Positions 9,449-19,369 of a DNA stretch of 61,229 nt are shown here, in pieces. Location: the NCBI GenBank assembly GCA_031371785.1, contig JANMKC010000122.1, positions 1 to 61,229 of the forward strand. Direction: 5' to 3'. Under the pieces are notes generated by a model. It searched no databases, was not told the origin of the DNA, and saw nothing but the letters and a program-made list of their open reading frames with translations. This stretch comes from Flavobacteriales bacterium (lineage in GTDB: Bacteria; Bacteroidota; Bacteroidia; Flavobacteriales_F; PHOS-HE28). How positions within the stretch are numbered: position 1 is the first letter of the stretch; each line of letters opens with the position of its first letter. Position numbers and translations under genes: made by a program.

Positions 9449-12226
9449 ATGGACAAGTACTCCTATCTGAGCAACGTCGACAGTGCCTGGCTCGACGACC
9501 TGCACCAGCAGTACCAGAAGGACCCCGCCAGCGTGGAGACCGGTTGGGCACGCTTCTTCGAGGGGTTCGAGTTCGCCAAGGCCCTCCACGGTGATGGTGC
9601 TCCTGATGCGGTCGCTGAAGCTTCCGCGAAGGCAAGCGGCGGCAACGAGCGTTTTGAGAAGGAGTTCCGCGTCCTCGAACTGATCAACGCGTACCGCACT
9701 CGTGGCCACCTCTTCACGGACACCAATCCTGTGCGGGAGCGGCGCAAGTACACGCCCACGTTGGAGCTCGTGAACTTCCAGCTCAGCGATGCCGACCTGG
9801 ACACGGTGTTCACGGCCGGCAATGAAGTGAGCATCGGGCCGAGCAAGCTGCGCGACATCGTGGCGCTGTTGGAACAGACCTACTGCGCTAGCATCGGTGT
9901 GGAGTTCAAATACATCCGCAAACCCGAGAAGATCAAGTGGCTGCTGGAGCGCATGGAGAGCACGCGCAACACGCCTTCGTTCACGCTGGATGAAAAGAAG
10001 GAGATCCTGGAAAAGTTGAACGAAGCGGTGGTCTTCGAGAAATTCCTGGGGAAGAAGTTCATCGGCGCGAAACGCTTCAGCCTCGAAGGCGCGGAGGTGC
10101 TGATCCCTGCGTTGGACACAGTGATCGAGCACGGCGCGGACCTGGGCATCACCAAGTACGTCATCGGCATGGCGCACCGTGGTCGCTTGAACGTGCTGGC
10201 CAATACGATGCGCAAATCGTACGACGCCATCTTCAGTGAGTTCGAAGGCAAGGATTACGACGATGCGCTGCTGGAAGGTGATGTGAAATACCACATGGGC
10301 TACAGCAGTTTGGTGAAGACCAACACGGGAAAAGAAGTACGCCTGACACTCGCGCCGAATCCGAGCCATCTCGAAGCGGTGGGGCCGGTGATGCAAGGGA
10401 TCAGCCGCGCGATCATCGAGCACGACGACAATTTCGCGAAGGGTGTCACCGCCCCCATCATCATCCACGGCGATGCGGCGGTGGCCGGGCAGGGCGTGGT
10501 GTACGAGGTGGTGCAGATGGCCGGACTGAAAGCGTACGAGACCGGTGGTACGATCCACATCGTGGTGAACAACCAAGTGGGTTTCACCACCAACTATTTC
10601 GATGGGCGCACCAGCACGTATTGCACGGATGTCGCCAAGACCACGCTCTGCCCGGTGTTCCATGTGAACGGCGATGATGCCGAAGCCGTGGCGTACACCG
10701 TGAAGTTGGCGATGGATTATCGCCAGCAGTTCGCGCAGGACGTGTGGGTGGATATTCTCTGCTACCGGAAACACGGGCACAACGAAGGCGACGAACCGAA
10801 GTTCACCCAACCGCTGTTGTACAAGGCGATCGCTGCGCACAAGGACCCGCGCACGATCTACACCGAGGACCTGATCGCGAGCGGTGTGCAAGGTGCGAGC
10901 GAAATGGCGCAGGAGATGGAAACCTCCTTCACCGAGATGCTTGATGCGCGGCTTACGGAAGCCAAGCAAGTGCGCGTGGGGAAGATCACCAACTTCATGG
11001 AGGAGCGATGGAAAGGCTTCAAGCGCGCCGATGCGAGCGACTTCGCGACCTCCCCCGCAACCGGCGTGAAGAAGGAGGTGCTGAAGATGATCGGCGAGAA
11101 GCTCACGGTGATCCCCGAAGGCAAGCACTTCTTCAGCAAGCTGGAAAAGATCCTGAACGATCGCAAGGAGATGATGGCCAAGGAAACCCTGGATTGGGGC
11201 ATGGCCGAACTGCTCGCGTATGGATCGTTGCTGATCGAAGGGAAGCCTGTGCGTTTTACCGGCCAGGACGTGGAGCGCGGCACCTTCAGCCACCGCCATG
11301 CCGTGGTGCGGTTCGAGGACAGCGAGGAAGAGTTCATCCACCTCAAGCACATCCAGCAGGGGCAAGCGTTGTTGCAGATCTACAACTCCCTGTTGAGCGA
11401 ATACGCGGTGCTCGGTTTCGAGTACGGCTACGCGCTCACGAACCCCGAGGTGCTCACGATCTGGGAAGCGCAGTTCGGTGATTTCGTCAACGGCGCGCAG
11501 ATCATCCTCGATCAATACCTGTGCTGCGCGGAGGAGAAATGGAACACGCAGAACGGCATCGTGCTGTTGCTGCCGCACGGCTATGAAGGGCAGGGTGCGG
11601 AGCACAGCAGCGCGCGCATGGAGCGCTTCCTCAGCAGTTGCGCCGATGGCAACATGGTGCTGGTGAACTGCACCACGCCCGCGAATTTCTTCCACGCATT
11701 GCGCCGCCAGCTCGAATGGAATTTCCGCAAGCCGCTCGTGGTGTTCACACCGAAGAGCTTGTTACGCCATGCGAAGTGCGTGAGCAAACTGGACGACCTC
11801 ACAACAGGTGGCTTCCAGGAATTGATCGATGATGCTTCCGCCGATGCGAAGGAGGTGAGGACGGTGATCTTCACACAAGGCAAGATCCACTATGACCTCA
11901 TCGATCATCGCGAGAAGAACGGCATCACCGATACAGCGCTGGTACGTCTCGAACAATTGCATCCGTTGCCTGTGGAACAGATGCGCGCGGTGATCAGGAA
12001 ATACGCGAAAGCCGAACGTTGCCTCTGGGTGCAGGAAGAACCATTGAACATGGGCGCATGGACCTACATGGCGATGAACTTCACCGACATCAAGTTCGAA
12101 GTGATCAGCCGCCCGGCCAGCGGAGCTCCCGCCACCGGCAGCAGCAAACGCAGTGCGAACCAACAGATCGCGATCATCGAGAAAGCGTTCGCGAAGTCAA
12201 CGTCCACGGTAAACGCGAACACATAG
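9449..12226 (+). CDS. sucA: 2-oxoglutarate dehydrogenase E1 component
   Basis: A 925-aa protein with the characteristic N-terminus ([24 protein letters not shown]), the ThDP-binding region ([13 protein letters not shown]) and HGHNEGDEP. It sits directly upstream of the E2 gene. Confidence 0.97.
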   Translation: MDKYSYLSNVDSAWLDDLHQQYQKDPASVETGWARFFEGFEFAKALHGDGAPDAVAEASAKASGGNERFEKEFRVLELINAYRTRGHLFTDTNPVRERRKYTPTLELVNFQLSDADLDTVFTAGNEVSIGPSKLRDIVALLEQTYCASIGVEFKYIRKPEKIKWLLERMESTRNTPSFTLDEKKEILEKLNEAVVFEKFLGKKFIGAKRFSLEGAEVLIPALDTVIEHGADLGITKYVIGMAHRGRLNVLANTMRKSYDAIFSEFEGKDYDDALLEGDVKYHMGYSSLVKTNTGKEVRLTLAPNPSHLEAVGPVMQGISRAIIEHDDNFAKGVTAPIIIHGDAAVAGQGVVYEVVQMAGLKAYETGGTIHIVVNNQVGFTTNYFDGRTSTYCTDVAKTTLCPVFHVNGDDAEAVAYTVKLAMDYRQQFAQDVWVDILCYRKHGHNEGDEPKFTQPLLYKAIAAHKDPRTIYTEDLIASGVQGASEMAQEMETSFTEMLDARLTEAKQVRVGKITNFMEERWKGFKRADASDFATSPATGVKKEVLKMIGEKLTVIPEGKHFFSKLEKILNDRKEMMAKETLDWGMAELLAYGSLLIEGKPVRFTGQDVERGTFSHRHAVVRFEDSEEEFIHLKHIQQGQALLQIYNSLLSEYAVLGFEYGYALTNPEVLTIWEAQFGDFVNGAQIILDQYLCCAEEKWNTQNGIVLLLPHGYEGQGAEHSSARMERFLSSCADGNMVLVNCTTPANFFHALRRQLEWNFRKPLVVFTPKSLLRHAKCVSKLDDLTTGGFQELIDDASADAKEVRTVIFTQGKIHYDLIDHREKNGITDTALVRLEQLHPLPVEQMRAVIRKYAKAERCLWVQEEPLNMGAWTYMAMNFTDIKFEVISRPASGAPATGSSKRSANQQIAIIEKAFAKSTSTVNANT

Positions 12227-12267
12227 ACCTTCCACTTTTTCCACCTCTCCACTTCTTACACTTCGCA

Positions 12268-13539
12268 ATGGCCAACATCGACGTAAAAGTTCCCAGTCCC
12301 GGCGAGAGCATCAGCGAAGTGCGCATCGCGCAATGGCTCGTGAAGGATGGTGATGTTGTAGCCAAGGACCAGGTGATCGCCGAGATCGACAGCGACAAGG
12401 CCACATTGGAGCTGAGCGCCGAGGCGAGCGGACAGATCAAGATCCTCGCGGCCGCCGATGCCACGGTGAACGTGGGCGATGTGGTGGCGAAACTGGATAC
12501 GTCCGTCAGTGTGCCGGTGAAGTCGGCGAAGCCAGTGGAAGCAGTGAAAGCAACAGCCGCAGCGACTTCTGCGAAGGCTGTTCCGGCAACGCCAACCAAC
12601 CAACCCCCGGCCTTCGCCGGGGCAACAACCAACAACCCACTGGCGCATGCCACCCCGGTCGCCAAAGCGATGCTCGATGAGAAAGGAATGAGCGCCGCCA
12701 GCGTGAAGGGCAGTGGCCCGAACGGCAAGATCACCAAGAGCGATGTGGCCGCGTATGTCGCGGGCGGTGTGAAGGTCGATGCTGTCGCGCTCAACGGTTG
12801 GGGCGGCACGCGCAACGACAGCCGCAACAAGATGAGCACGCTGCGCAAGAAAGTAGCCGAGCGGCTTGTCGCAGTGAAGAACCAGACCGCCATGCTCACC
12901 ACCTTCAACGAAGTGGACATGAGCGCGGTGATGGCCCTGCGCGACAAATACAAGGACAAGTTCAAGGAGCAGAACGGCGTGGGTCTCGGCTTCATGAGCT
13001 TCTTCACGAAAGCCTGCACGGAAGCGTTGCGCCTCTTCCCCAGTGTGAACGGTCAGATCGATGGCGAAGAGGTCGTGATGCACGACTATGCCGACATCGG
13101 GATCGCGGTGAGCTCACCGAAAGGATTGATGGTGCCCGTGCTGCGCAATGCGGAGAAGATGTCGCTCGCACAGATCGAAACGAGGATCAAGGAGTTGGCG
13201 GTGAAAGCGCGCGACGGCAAGCTCTCGCTCGATGAGATGACCGGTGGCACCTTCACCATCACCAACGGCGGCGTGTTCGGCAGCATGCTCAGCACGCCCA
13301 TCCTCAACCCGCCGCAAAGCGCCATCCTCGGCATGCACAATATCGTGGAGCGGCCGGTCGCGGTGCATGGTGAAGTGAAGATCCGCCCCATCATGTACGT
13401 GGCGCTGAGCTACGATCACCGCATCATCGATGGCAAGGAGAGCGTTAGCTTCCTGATGGCCGTGAAGCAGATGATCGAGGACCCGAGCAAGATGGTGTTC
13501 GGCGGGAAGGAGCCGGGAGAGGTGTTGTTGGGGTTGTGA
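12268..13539 (+). CDS. sucB: dihydrolipoyllysine-residue succinyltransferase (E2 of 2-oxoglutarate dehydrogenase)
   Basis: The ATG at 12268 gives [24 protein letters not shown]. It has a lipoyl domain with [13 protein letters not shown], an Ala/Pro linker, a peripheral-subunit-binding domain and the catalytic DHRIIDG motif. Confidence 0.95.
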   Translation: MANIDVKVPSPGESISEVRIAQWLVKDGDVVAKDQVIAEIDSDKATLELSAEASGQIKILAAADATVNVGDVVAKLDTSVSVPVKSAKPVEAVKATAAATSAKAVPATPTNQPPAFAGATTNNPLAHATPVAKAMLDEKGMSAASVKGSGPNGKITKSDVAAYVAGGVKVDAVALNGWGGTRNDSRNKMSTLRKKVAERLVAVKNQTAMLTTFNEVDMSAVMALRDKYKDKFKEQNGVGLGFMSFFTKACTEALRLFPSVNGQIDGEEVVMHDYADIGIAVSSPKGLMVPVLRNAEKMSLAQIETRIKELAVKARDGKLSLDEMTGGTFTITNGGVFGSMLSTPILNPPQSAILGMHNIVERPVAVHGEVKIRPIMYVALSYDHRIIDGKESVSFLMAVKQMIEDPSKMVFGGKEPGEVLLGL

Positions 13540-13605
13540 GGGGGGCGTTGTTGGACCGATGGGCTGCAACACTCAACTTCGCGGACCGACCCGTTCAGTT
13601 GGATC

Positions 13606-15156
13606 ATGGCCAAACAGTTGAGCATCGAGTTTGAAGTTGCTCCTCAGGTGCTCACCCCTGAGGATATCTATGTCAACGCTGATGTGGGGCTTTTGAAGAA
13701 CCTATTTGAGGACAAACGCTTTGAGCGTAAGAGGGCGAAGTACTCACCTCAAGAACTTGGAGACTACTTCTCGATGTGGGCAAACACCCCTGAAGGTGGA
13801 CTAATCGCTCTGGGGATCGAGGATGATGGCAAGTGGTCTGGATGTGCTGGTCTTTCACAGGGCGAATTGAACGCTCGTGAATCAGCCGGTTCCATTTACT
13901 GTCCAGAAGCAGTTCATCGATCCAAGCGTATCGCATTCGTAAATGATCATGGAAAGCCTGATTTCCTGATCCTCTTCCAAGTCAACTATCATCCGAGCAG
14001 GGTGATCAAGACCTCAGAGGGAAAGGCGTTTGTTAGAATCGCGGATACCAAACACAAACTGCGCACAGAGGAGGAAAGGGACCTCGCACTTGACAAGGGA
14101 CAGATCCAATTTGAGCAAGAGCCCTGTGGGTTGGCCTACCCCGACGATTTTGATAATGCCGCCATCCAAAGATTCTTGACCAGCATACGCAAGGGACGCA
14201 AAGAGTTGGTCGACAAGACGGTTGAAGAAGTGTTGGTTCTCAGGTGTCTCGGACAAATGGTCAGAGGGAAGTTCCGACCAGACTTCGCTTGTGCATTGCT
14301 CTTCGGAAAGCAACCTGACCGGATCATTCCAGGATGCCGTATCCGGTTCTTGAGATTTGATGGCAAAGAGGAGGGTGCCGGGGTCAAGTTCAATGCGACC
14401 AAGGATGAAATCTTCGAGGGCAACATTCCCGATCTACTCCTTCAGGCTGAAAAGGCCCTGGATGGGCAACTCCGGAATTTCGCTCGACTGAACAGCCAGC
14501 AGAAATTCTCGATCATCTCAGAGTACCCAAAGGATGCATGGTACGAGGCTCTCGTGAATGCTCTTGTTCACCGTTCATACGGCAATGGTCAGGTGAACAC
14601 GCCGGTAGCCGTCAAGATGTTCGACAATCGCCTGCTTGTAGAGAGTCCAGGAGGGTTCCCTCCCTTTGTAAGTCCGGACAATATCTATGGGAACCATCGA
14701 CCGAGGAATCCAAAACTGATGGATGCGCTGTACTACATGGAGTATGTCAAGTGTGCCAGCGAAGGAACGCGCCGCATGCGCGAAGCCATGCGCGCTTCCA
14801 ACTTGCCAGATCCGGAGTTCGAACAAAAGCAGATCGGTAGCGCCAGGGTCCAAGTAGTTCTGAAGAACAACGTGGAGCAGCGGAAGGTCTGGATCGATGC
14901 TGACGTGACCGAACTTATTGGAGCGGCGATCGCAGGCGTCTTGGACGAGCATCAGAAGCGCATTGTCAACTATGTTGCCGAGCACTCGGAAATTACTGTG
15001 AGCGATGTGCAGCGAATGACAGGACTCAGTTGGCCAGCAGCTCGTAAGAGGCTTTCAAAGCTCGTGGACCTGCAGATCCTTCAGCATATGCACAAGGCGG
15101 GTAACGTGCGCGATCCTCAAGCGAAGTACGTTTTGAAAGGGAGGACGACGAAATGA
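13606..15156 (+). CDS. Schlafen/AlbA_2 domain plus HATPase_c_4 plus C-terminal winged-helix protein (COG2865-type putative DNA-binding/ATP-binding protein)
   Basis: The N-terminal AlbA_2-like block reads FERKRAKYSPQELGDYFSMWANTPEGGLIALGIEDDG. The HATPase_c_4 signature is EALVNALVHRSY...LLVESPGGFP. The C-terminal wHTH-like segment is RIVNYVAEHSEITVSDVQRMTGLSWPAARKRL. A/T-ending codons are more frequent than in the flanking genes. Confidence 0.75.
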   Translation: MAKQLSIEFEVAPQVLTPEDIYVNADVGLLKNLFEDKRFERKRAKYSPQELGDYFSMWANTPEGGLIALGIEDDGKWSGCAGLSQGELNARESAGSIYCPEAVHRSKRIAFVNDHGKPDFLILFQVNYHPSRVIKTSEGKAFVRIADTKHKLRTEEERDLALDKGQIQFEQEPCGLAYPDDFDNAAIQRFLTSIRKGRKELVDKTVEEVLVLRCLGQMVRGKFRPDFACALLFGKQPDRIIPGCRIRFLRFDGKEEGAGVKFNATKDEIFEGNIPDLLLQAEKALDGQLRNFARLNSQQKFSIISEYPKDAWYEALVNALVHRSYGNGQVNTPVAVKMFDNRLLVESPGGFPPFVSPDNIYGNHRPRNPKLMDALYYMEYVKCASEGTRRMREAMRASNLPDPEFEQKQIGSARVQVVLKNNVEQRKVWIDADVTELIGAAIAGVLDEHQKRIVNYVAEHSEITVSDVQRMTGLSWPAARKRLSKLVDLQILQHMHKAGNVRDPQAKYVLKGRTTK

Positions 15157-15251
15157 AGACTATGTGGACCCCGAACTGGAAGAGGAGTTCAGCACCGGTT
15201 TCAAAGTGCAGGAGTTGCGCATGGTCCGCGAACTATTGAAGCGACACTGAG

Positions 15252-15650
15252 ATGGCCTCCTTGAAGCCTGGAAAGAACATTTCCAAGAGTAGCTTGAAGA
15301 ACAAGCGACCGACGGACCCGATCGACGTGCTCATTCATACGCATCGTCTGCGGATCAAGGACGTCTATTTGGACAAATCGCTCGATCTGCTGTTGCTTGT
15401 GCTGAACAATGGCCAGGTCATCCGATCAGGCATTGAAGAGCACGCTCGTTTGCGCGGTGCTACGCAGTCGCGATTGGAAAAGTGGCAATTGATCGCAGGA
15501 GGCACGGGCCTTACATGGCCCGAATTGGACGAGGATCTTTCGCTGCGCGGGTTCATCCATTCATCTTCCGTGGATCAGGCGGTCCGCTCGCTTGCCGAAT
15601 CCAAGCCGAAGGTCTTGCAAGCGCGGAAGCACCAAGCAAGGAAAGCGTGA
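15252..15650 (+). CDS. DUF2442 domain-containing protein
   Basis: The central part matches the DUF2442 pattern from memory: RIKDVYLDKSLDLLLLVLNNGQV...RLRGATQSRLEKWQLIAGGTGLTWPELDEDLSLRGF. Confidence 0.65.
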   Translation: MASLKPGKNISKSSLKNKRPTDPIDVLIHTHRLRIKDVYLDKSLDLLLLVLNNGQVIRSGIEEHARLRGATQSRLEKWQLIAGGTGLTWPELDEDLSLRGFIHSSSVDQAVRSLAESKPKVLQARKHQARKA

Positions 15651-15697
15651 GCTTCACGCTCTCCCGATAAAATGGAAATCCAAGGCGCCGATACATC

Positions 15698-16453
15698 ATG
15701 GACCAGATCAAGATCACGGTCAGGCAATATCAACGAGCCATCGTAAAGGCCCTGAACTTCCGCCAGATCGAGGTACTGAAGGTCCTCTATTCGTTCCCCA
15801 ATTCTACTGCCACAGCCAAGGAACTGGCGAAGGCCATCAACCCGCACTCGCCGGCACCGATCGTGGCAAACAGGCAGGTAGGCTTAATCGGAAGATCCAT
15901 TGCGGAATATTCGGGCGTCACACTGCCCAGCTATCGGGATAGCAATGAGGATAAGCCCGCATATATCGCCGTAGTTGGGTGGTACGAGACTTCTGGCTGG
16001 GAAATGCAGAAAAATCTCCAGAATGCCTTGCTCGACCTTGAACTGGTCCGTGCGACCGACAGGGGTTCATTTCAACTTGAGCAGCTACCGACGGAGGAGA
16101 TGTTCAACAATGAGCAAGCGTTGCGCGAGGGGAAAGTGGTCATCGTTCATGTGGACAAATACGAGCGGAACAGGAAGGCGCGGGCCAAGTGCATCGAGCA
16201 CTTTGGCATTAGCTGTCAAGCCTGTGGTTTCGATTTCCACATGGCGTATGGAAAGATGGCGGAAGGCTACATACAGGTGCATCACGTTCGCCCCTTATCC
16301 GATGTCAGGAAGGAGTACAAGGTGGATCCCGTGAAGTACCTCATCCCGTTGTGCGCGAATTGTCATTGCACGGTCCATCTGTCAAACCCTGCAATGACCA
16401 TTGCTGCATTGAAGCGGTTGATCAAAAAGGCTGAACGGAGCCAAGCAAATTAA
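15698..16453 (+). CDS. HNH endonuclease, COG3183/McrA-like (putative type IV or stand-alone restriction nuclease)
   Basis: The C-terminal HNH/zinc-ribbon block is YERNRKARAKCIEHFGISCQACGFDF...GYIQVHHVRPLS...LIPLCANCHCTVH. The ~150-aa N-terminal region resembles that of other COG3183 proteins. Confidence 0.8.
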   Translation: MDQIKITVRQYQRAIVKALNFRQIEVLKVLYSFPNSTATAKELAKAINPHSPAPIVANRQVGLIGRSIAEYSGVTLPSYRDSNEDKPAYIAVVGWYETSGWEMQKNLQNALLDLELVRATDRGSFQLEQLPTEEMFNNEQALREGKVVIVHVDKYERNRKARAKCIEHFGISCQACGFDFHMAYGKMAEGYIQVHHVRPLSDVRKEYKVDPVKYLIPLCANCHCTVHLSNPAMTIAALKRLIKKAERSQAN

Positions 16454-16649
16454 GTCCCGTATCTCGCTCAGGCATTCATACCTGGATCGGAAGCTCACCG
16501 CGCCACCACAACCTGTTCTTCAGCACTTCGCGATGGGCAGTGCCCTTCTCCGGGCACCCGGAACAACACAGCGCGTTTCGGACAACACCGGCACCACTAC
16601 ATTGCGCGGCTGATGCGCTTGTTGCGCCGATCAGATCTTCCCCTCCACC

Positions 16650-17573
16650 ATGGCCGACCAGAAAGACCTCGACGCGCATTACACCACGATGGACAAGATC
16701 TTCCGCCTGAGCCTGGGCGAGAAGGGCGGATACAGCGGCGCGCGTTTCGATGGTGACTTCTCCATGACGCTGGAGCAGGCGCAGGAAAAGAAGCACAAGT
16801 TCATCATGGACCATTGCAACATCAAGAAAGGCAGCAAGGTGCTGGACATTGGTTGTGGCTGGGGTGCCTTCATCGATTACCTCAACCATCAGGGCGTGCA
16901 GACCACGGGCGTAGTGCTGGCGAAAGGTCAAGCGGATGCCTGCCGCGCGAACGGGTTGAACGTACACCACATGGATTCCAAGGCGATCAAGCCGGAGACC
17001 TTCGGGAAGTTCGACGCGGTATGCGCGATGGGCAGCCCCGAGCATCTGTGTTCTGTCGAGCAGTTCAGGGAGGGCAAGCAGGAGGAGATCTACAAGGCCT
17101 ACTTCCAGCAGGTGGCGGACCTGTTGCCGATGGGTGGTCGGTTCTACTGCCAGACCATGGTGTTCGGCCCGAACATGGTGAAGTTCGAGGACATCAAGTT
17201 CGGGCAGACCAACGTGTGGAAAAAGCGGAACGACTACAGCGGTGAAGAGCTGATGGACCTGGTGTGCGATGTGTTCCCCGGCTCGTGGCTGCCTTACGGA
17301 AAGGAAGGCATGATCGAACCCGCGAAGGAGCACTTCAAACTCGTCTCCGTGGACAGCGGCCGACTGGATTACATCGAAACGATCCATCGTTGGACCGCGG
17401 CCTTCAACAAGTTCAACCTCCAGAAGTACCTGCTGTACGCAACGCTGATCCCCAAGCTGGCGAGCAGTGATTTCCGCAAGTGGGTGCGCCGATACAAGAT
17501 CGCCCCGAATTTGCAGGTATTCGAGCGGGAGATCTTCGAGCACTACCGCATGGTGTTCGAGAAGGTGGCGTAG
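16650..17573 (+). CDS. SAM-dependent methyltransferase, cyclopropane-fatty-acyl-phospholipid (mycolic acid) synthase family
   Basis: The SAM motif I is VLDIGCGWGAFIDYL, and the layout is CMAS-like (SMTLEQAQEKKHKFIMDHCNIKKGSKVLD; EHL......Y..FFQ). The 366-aa ORF on the opposite strand is antisense noise. Confidence 0.8.
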   Translation: MADQKDLDAHYTTMDKIFRLSLGEKGGYSGARFDGDFSMTLEQAQEKKHKFIMDHCNIKKGSKVLDIGCGWGAFIDYLNHQGVQTTGVVLAKGQADACRANGLNVHHMDSKAIKPETFGKFDAVCAMGSPEHLCSVEQFREGKQEEIYKAYFQQVADLLPMGGRFYCQTMVFGPNMVKFEDIKFGQTNVWKKRNDYSGEELMDLVCDVFPGSWLPYGKEGMIEPAKEHFKLVSVDSGRLDYIETIHRWTAAFNKFNLQKYLLYATLIPKLASSDFRKWVRRYKIAPNLQVFEREIFEHYRMVFEKVA

Positions 17574-17580
17574 CACCCCT

Positions 17581-17623
17581 CGTCATCACGAGGCCGCTTT
17601 CGGGCCGAAGTGATCTTTGATCA
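17581..17623. repeat. half copy of the CGTCATCRCGAG...GATCTTTGATC palindromic repeat family
   Basis: CGTCATCACGAGGCCGCTTTCGGGCCGAAGTGATCTTTGATC closely matches the left half of the 53654-53749 element. It contains a small GGCC-N7-GGCC hairpin and lies just after the methyltransferase stop. Confidence 0.6.
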
Positions 17624-17695
17624 ACAGGTCGCGCGATTACCTTCGATCCCGGAAACACCGCACACCCCTTTTCCCAACAACCGAACGACATTCCC

Positions 17696-19252
17696 ATGAA
17701 GCCGAACACTACGCTCCGATCCTATCGATCCGATCTCTGGCGCAACGCCTTGCCTATCGCCGCAATGCTGCTCGCTCAAGCGGGCCATGCACAGACCATT
17801 TTCCTGGAGACCTTCGACGGCGGCGCCAGCACCACGGGCTTCACGGTGGACCAGACGAACACCACGGATTGCCGCTGGGAGTATGCCCCGGATTCCGCTG
17901 GTGCGTTCGATTTCAGCATCGATTTCGGAGGCTTCTGGCCCGCAGGCCCCGGCTTCGATTCGAGCTTCGTTTTCCTAGACAGTGATGCCTGCGGTGGCAC
18001 GGGTGTAGTGGTGGACAGTTACCTGTACTCCGCCCTGTTCGATGCCTCGGCCACGGGCAGCTACACACTTGCGTTTTCGCAGCAGTTCCGTGCGCGCCTC
18101 GCCTCATTCGCGAGCGTTCAAGTGAGTCCGGATGGAGGCAGTACATGGACCGAAGTGCTGAATGAGACCACCGATAACGTAGGCTATCCCAACCCTGCGG
18201 TCGTGACTACGATAGATATCACCGCCGCTGCCGCTGGTTCGGCCGCAGCGCAATTGCGCTTCGAGTTCTCGGCCGGTTGGGATTGGTGGTGGGCACTGGA
18301 CAGCATCAGCGTATCGCATGCGGGCTGTGCCTTCCCCACGAACCTCGCGGTGAGCAACGTGACAACTTCCGGAGCCACCTTCGCGTGGGACGACATCGGT
18401 AGCGCAGGCTACGAGTGGGTAGTGACCACGGGACCGGTGCCGGATGGATCCAATGGCGTGGCCACCGGCGATGGCTCGAACCTCACGGCGTCCGGACTGA
18501 CCGAGGCCACGACCTACTATGTGTATGTGCGATCGCTCTGCAATGGCGGCGGGAATAGCGCATGGAGCAGCGGCGTGCCATTCACCACCGCCATTACCAA
18601 CGACGAATGCGTGGGCGCATCCTTGGTGAACGTGAACATCGACGCGGTATGCGACAGCACCACGCACGGCACGGTGATCGGGGCCACGGCATCGGGCGTC
18701 ACTTCCACCTGTACCGGTACTGCGGATGATGATGTATGGTTCACCTTCACGGCGAACGCGGCCGTGCATCACATAAGTCTCATCAACCTCACGGGCTCCA
18801 CGCAGGACATGTTCTTCGCCGTGTGGTCCGGTCCATGCGCCAGCTTGGTCCTCGTTCCCAACTCCTGCAGCGACCCACAGGACGCGGAGATCGGTGGGCT
18901 CGTGGCGGGCCAGACGTACGACCTCCAAGTGTACACATGGACCTCCACCACAGGACAGACCTCGCAGTTCGATGTGTGCATAGGACCGTCCAACACCATC
19001 GGTATCCAGGAGCGTGAAGAGGCTTCCGCATTGCGCCTGTTCCCCAACCCGACGAACGGGATCCTTGCGCTGGACTATGCCGGTACAGGAGCGGTGAGCA
19101 TGCGCGTATACGACGTGCTGGGCCAGGTGCTGTCGCAACGCCCGATGACCTCCTCGATCGATGTCGCATCCTTGAGCAAGGGCACATACATGCTCGCATT
19201 GATCGATCGTGAAGGCCGCATCATCGCGCGTCGCCCCTTTGTGAAGGAATAA
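17696..19252 (+). CDS. secreted protein with an FN3-like domain, an ANDxC-type jelly-roll domain and a T9SS type A sorting domain
   Basis: Signal peptide (NALPIAAMLLAQAGHAQ). The FN3-like segment is PTNLAVSNVTTSGATFAWD...TYYVYVRSLC. The TNDECVGA...DDDVWFTF domain follows. The C-terminus is LRLFPNPTNGILALDY...GTYMLALIDREG. Confidence 0.8.
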   Translation: MKPNTTLRSYRSDLWRNALPIAAMLLAQAGHAQTIFLETFDGGASTTGFTVDQTNTTDCRWEYAPDSAGAFDFSIDFGGFWPAGPGFDSSFVFLDSDACGGTGVVVDSYLYSALFDASATGSYTLAFSQQFRARLASFASVQVSPDGGSTWTEVLNETTDNVGYPNPAVVTTIDITAAAAGSAAAQLRFEFSAGWDWWWALDSISVSHAGCAFPTNLAVSNVTTSGATFAWDDIGSAGYEWVVTTGPVPDGSNGVATGDGSNLTASGLTEATTYYVYVRSLCNGGGNSAWSSGVPFTTAITNDECVGASLVNVNIDAVCDSTTHGTVIGATASGVTSTCTGTADDDVWFTFTANAAVHHISLINLTGSTQDMFFAVWSGPCASLVLVPNSCSDPQDAEIGGLVAGQTYDLQVYTWTSTTGQTSQFDVCIGPSNTIGIQEREEASALRLFPNPTNGILALDYAGTGAVSMRVYDVLGQVLSQRPMTSSIDVASLSKGTYMLALIDREGRIIARRPFVKE

Positions 19253-19268
19253 GGAACTCGGTACGAAC

Positions 19269-19300
19269 GAAGAAAGGCGCCTTCAGGGGCGCTTTTCTTC
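19269..19300 (+). terminator. rho-independent-type terminator hairpin
   Basis: GAAGAAAGGCGCC-TTCAGG-GGCGCTTTTCTTC is a 13-bp stem with one G-U pair. The T-rich 3' side lies 17 nt after the stop at 19252. Confidence 0.7.
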
Positions 19301-19369
19301 GTGATGGCGGATCGTGTGAGGATCGATCCTCACGATATCCTCGGAGGTGTGCCACGGATCGACAGGTGC

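Noticed and set aside
13540-13605. Flanking direct repeats (att-like) around the 13.6-16.5 kb insertion.
   Set aside because: Comparing 13540-13605 with 16454-16649 by eye, I found no shared stretch of 10 nt or more. The island borders therefore remain undefined, and no claim of site-specific integration is made.
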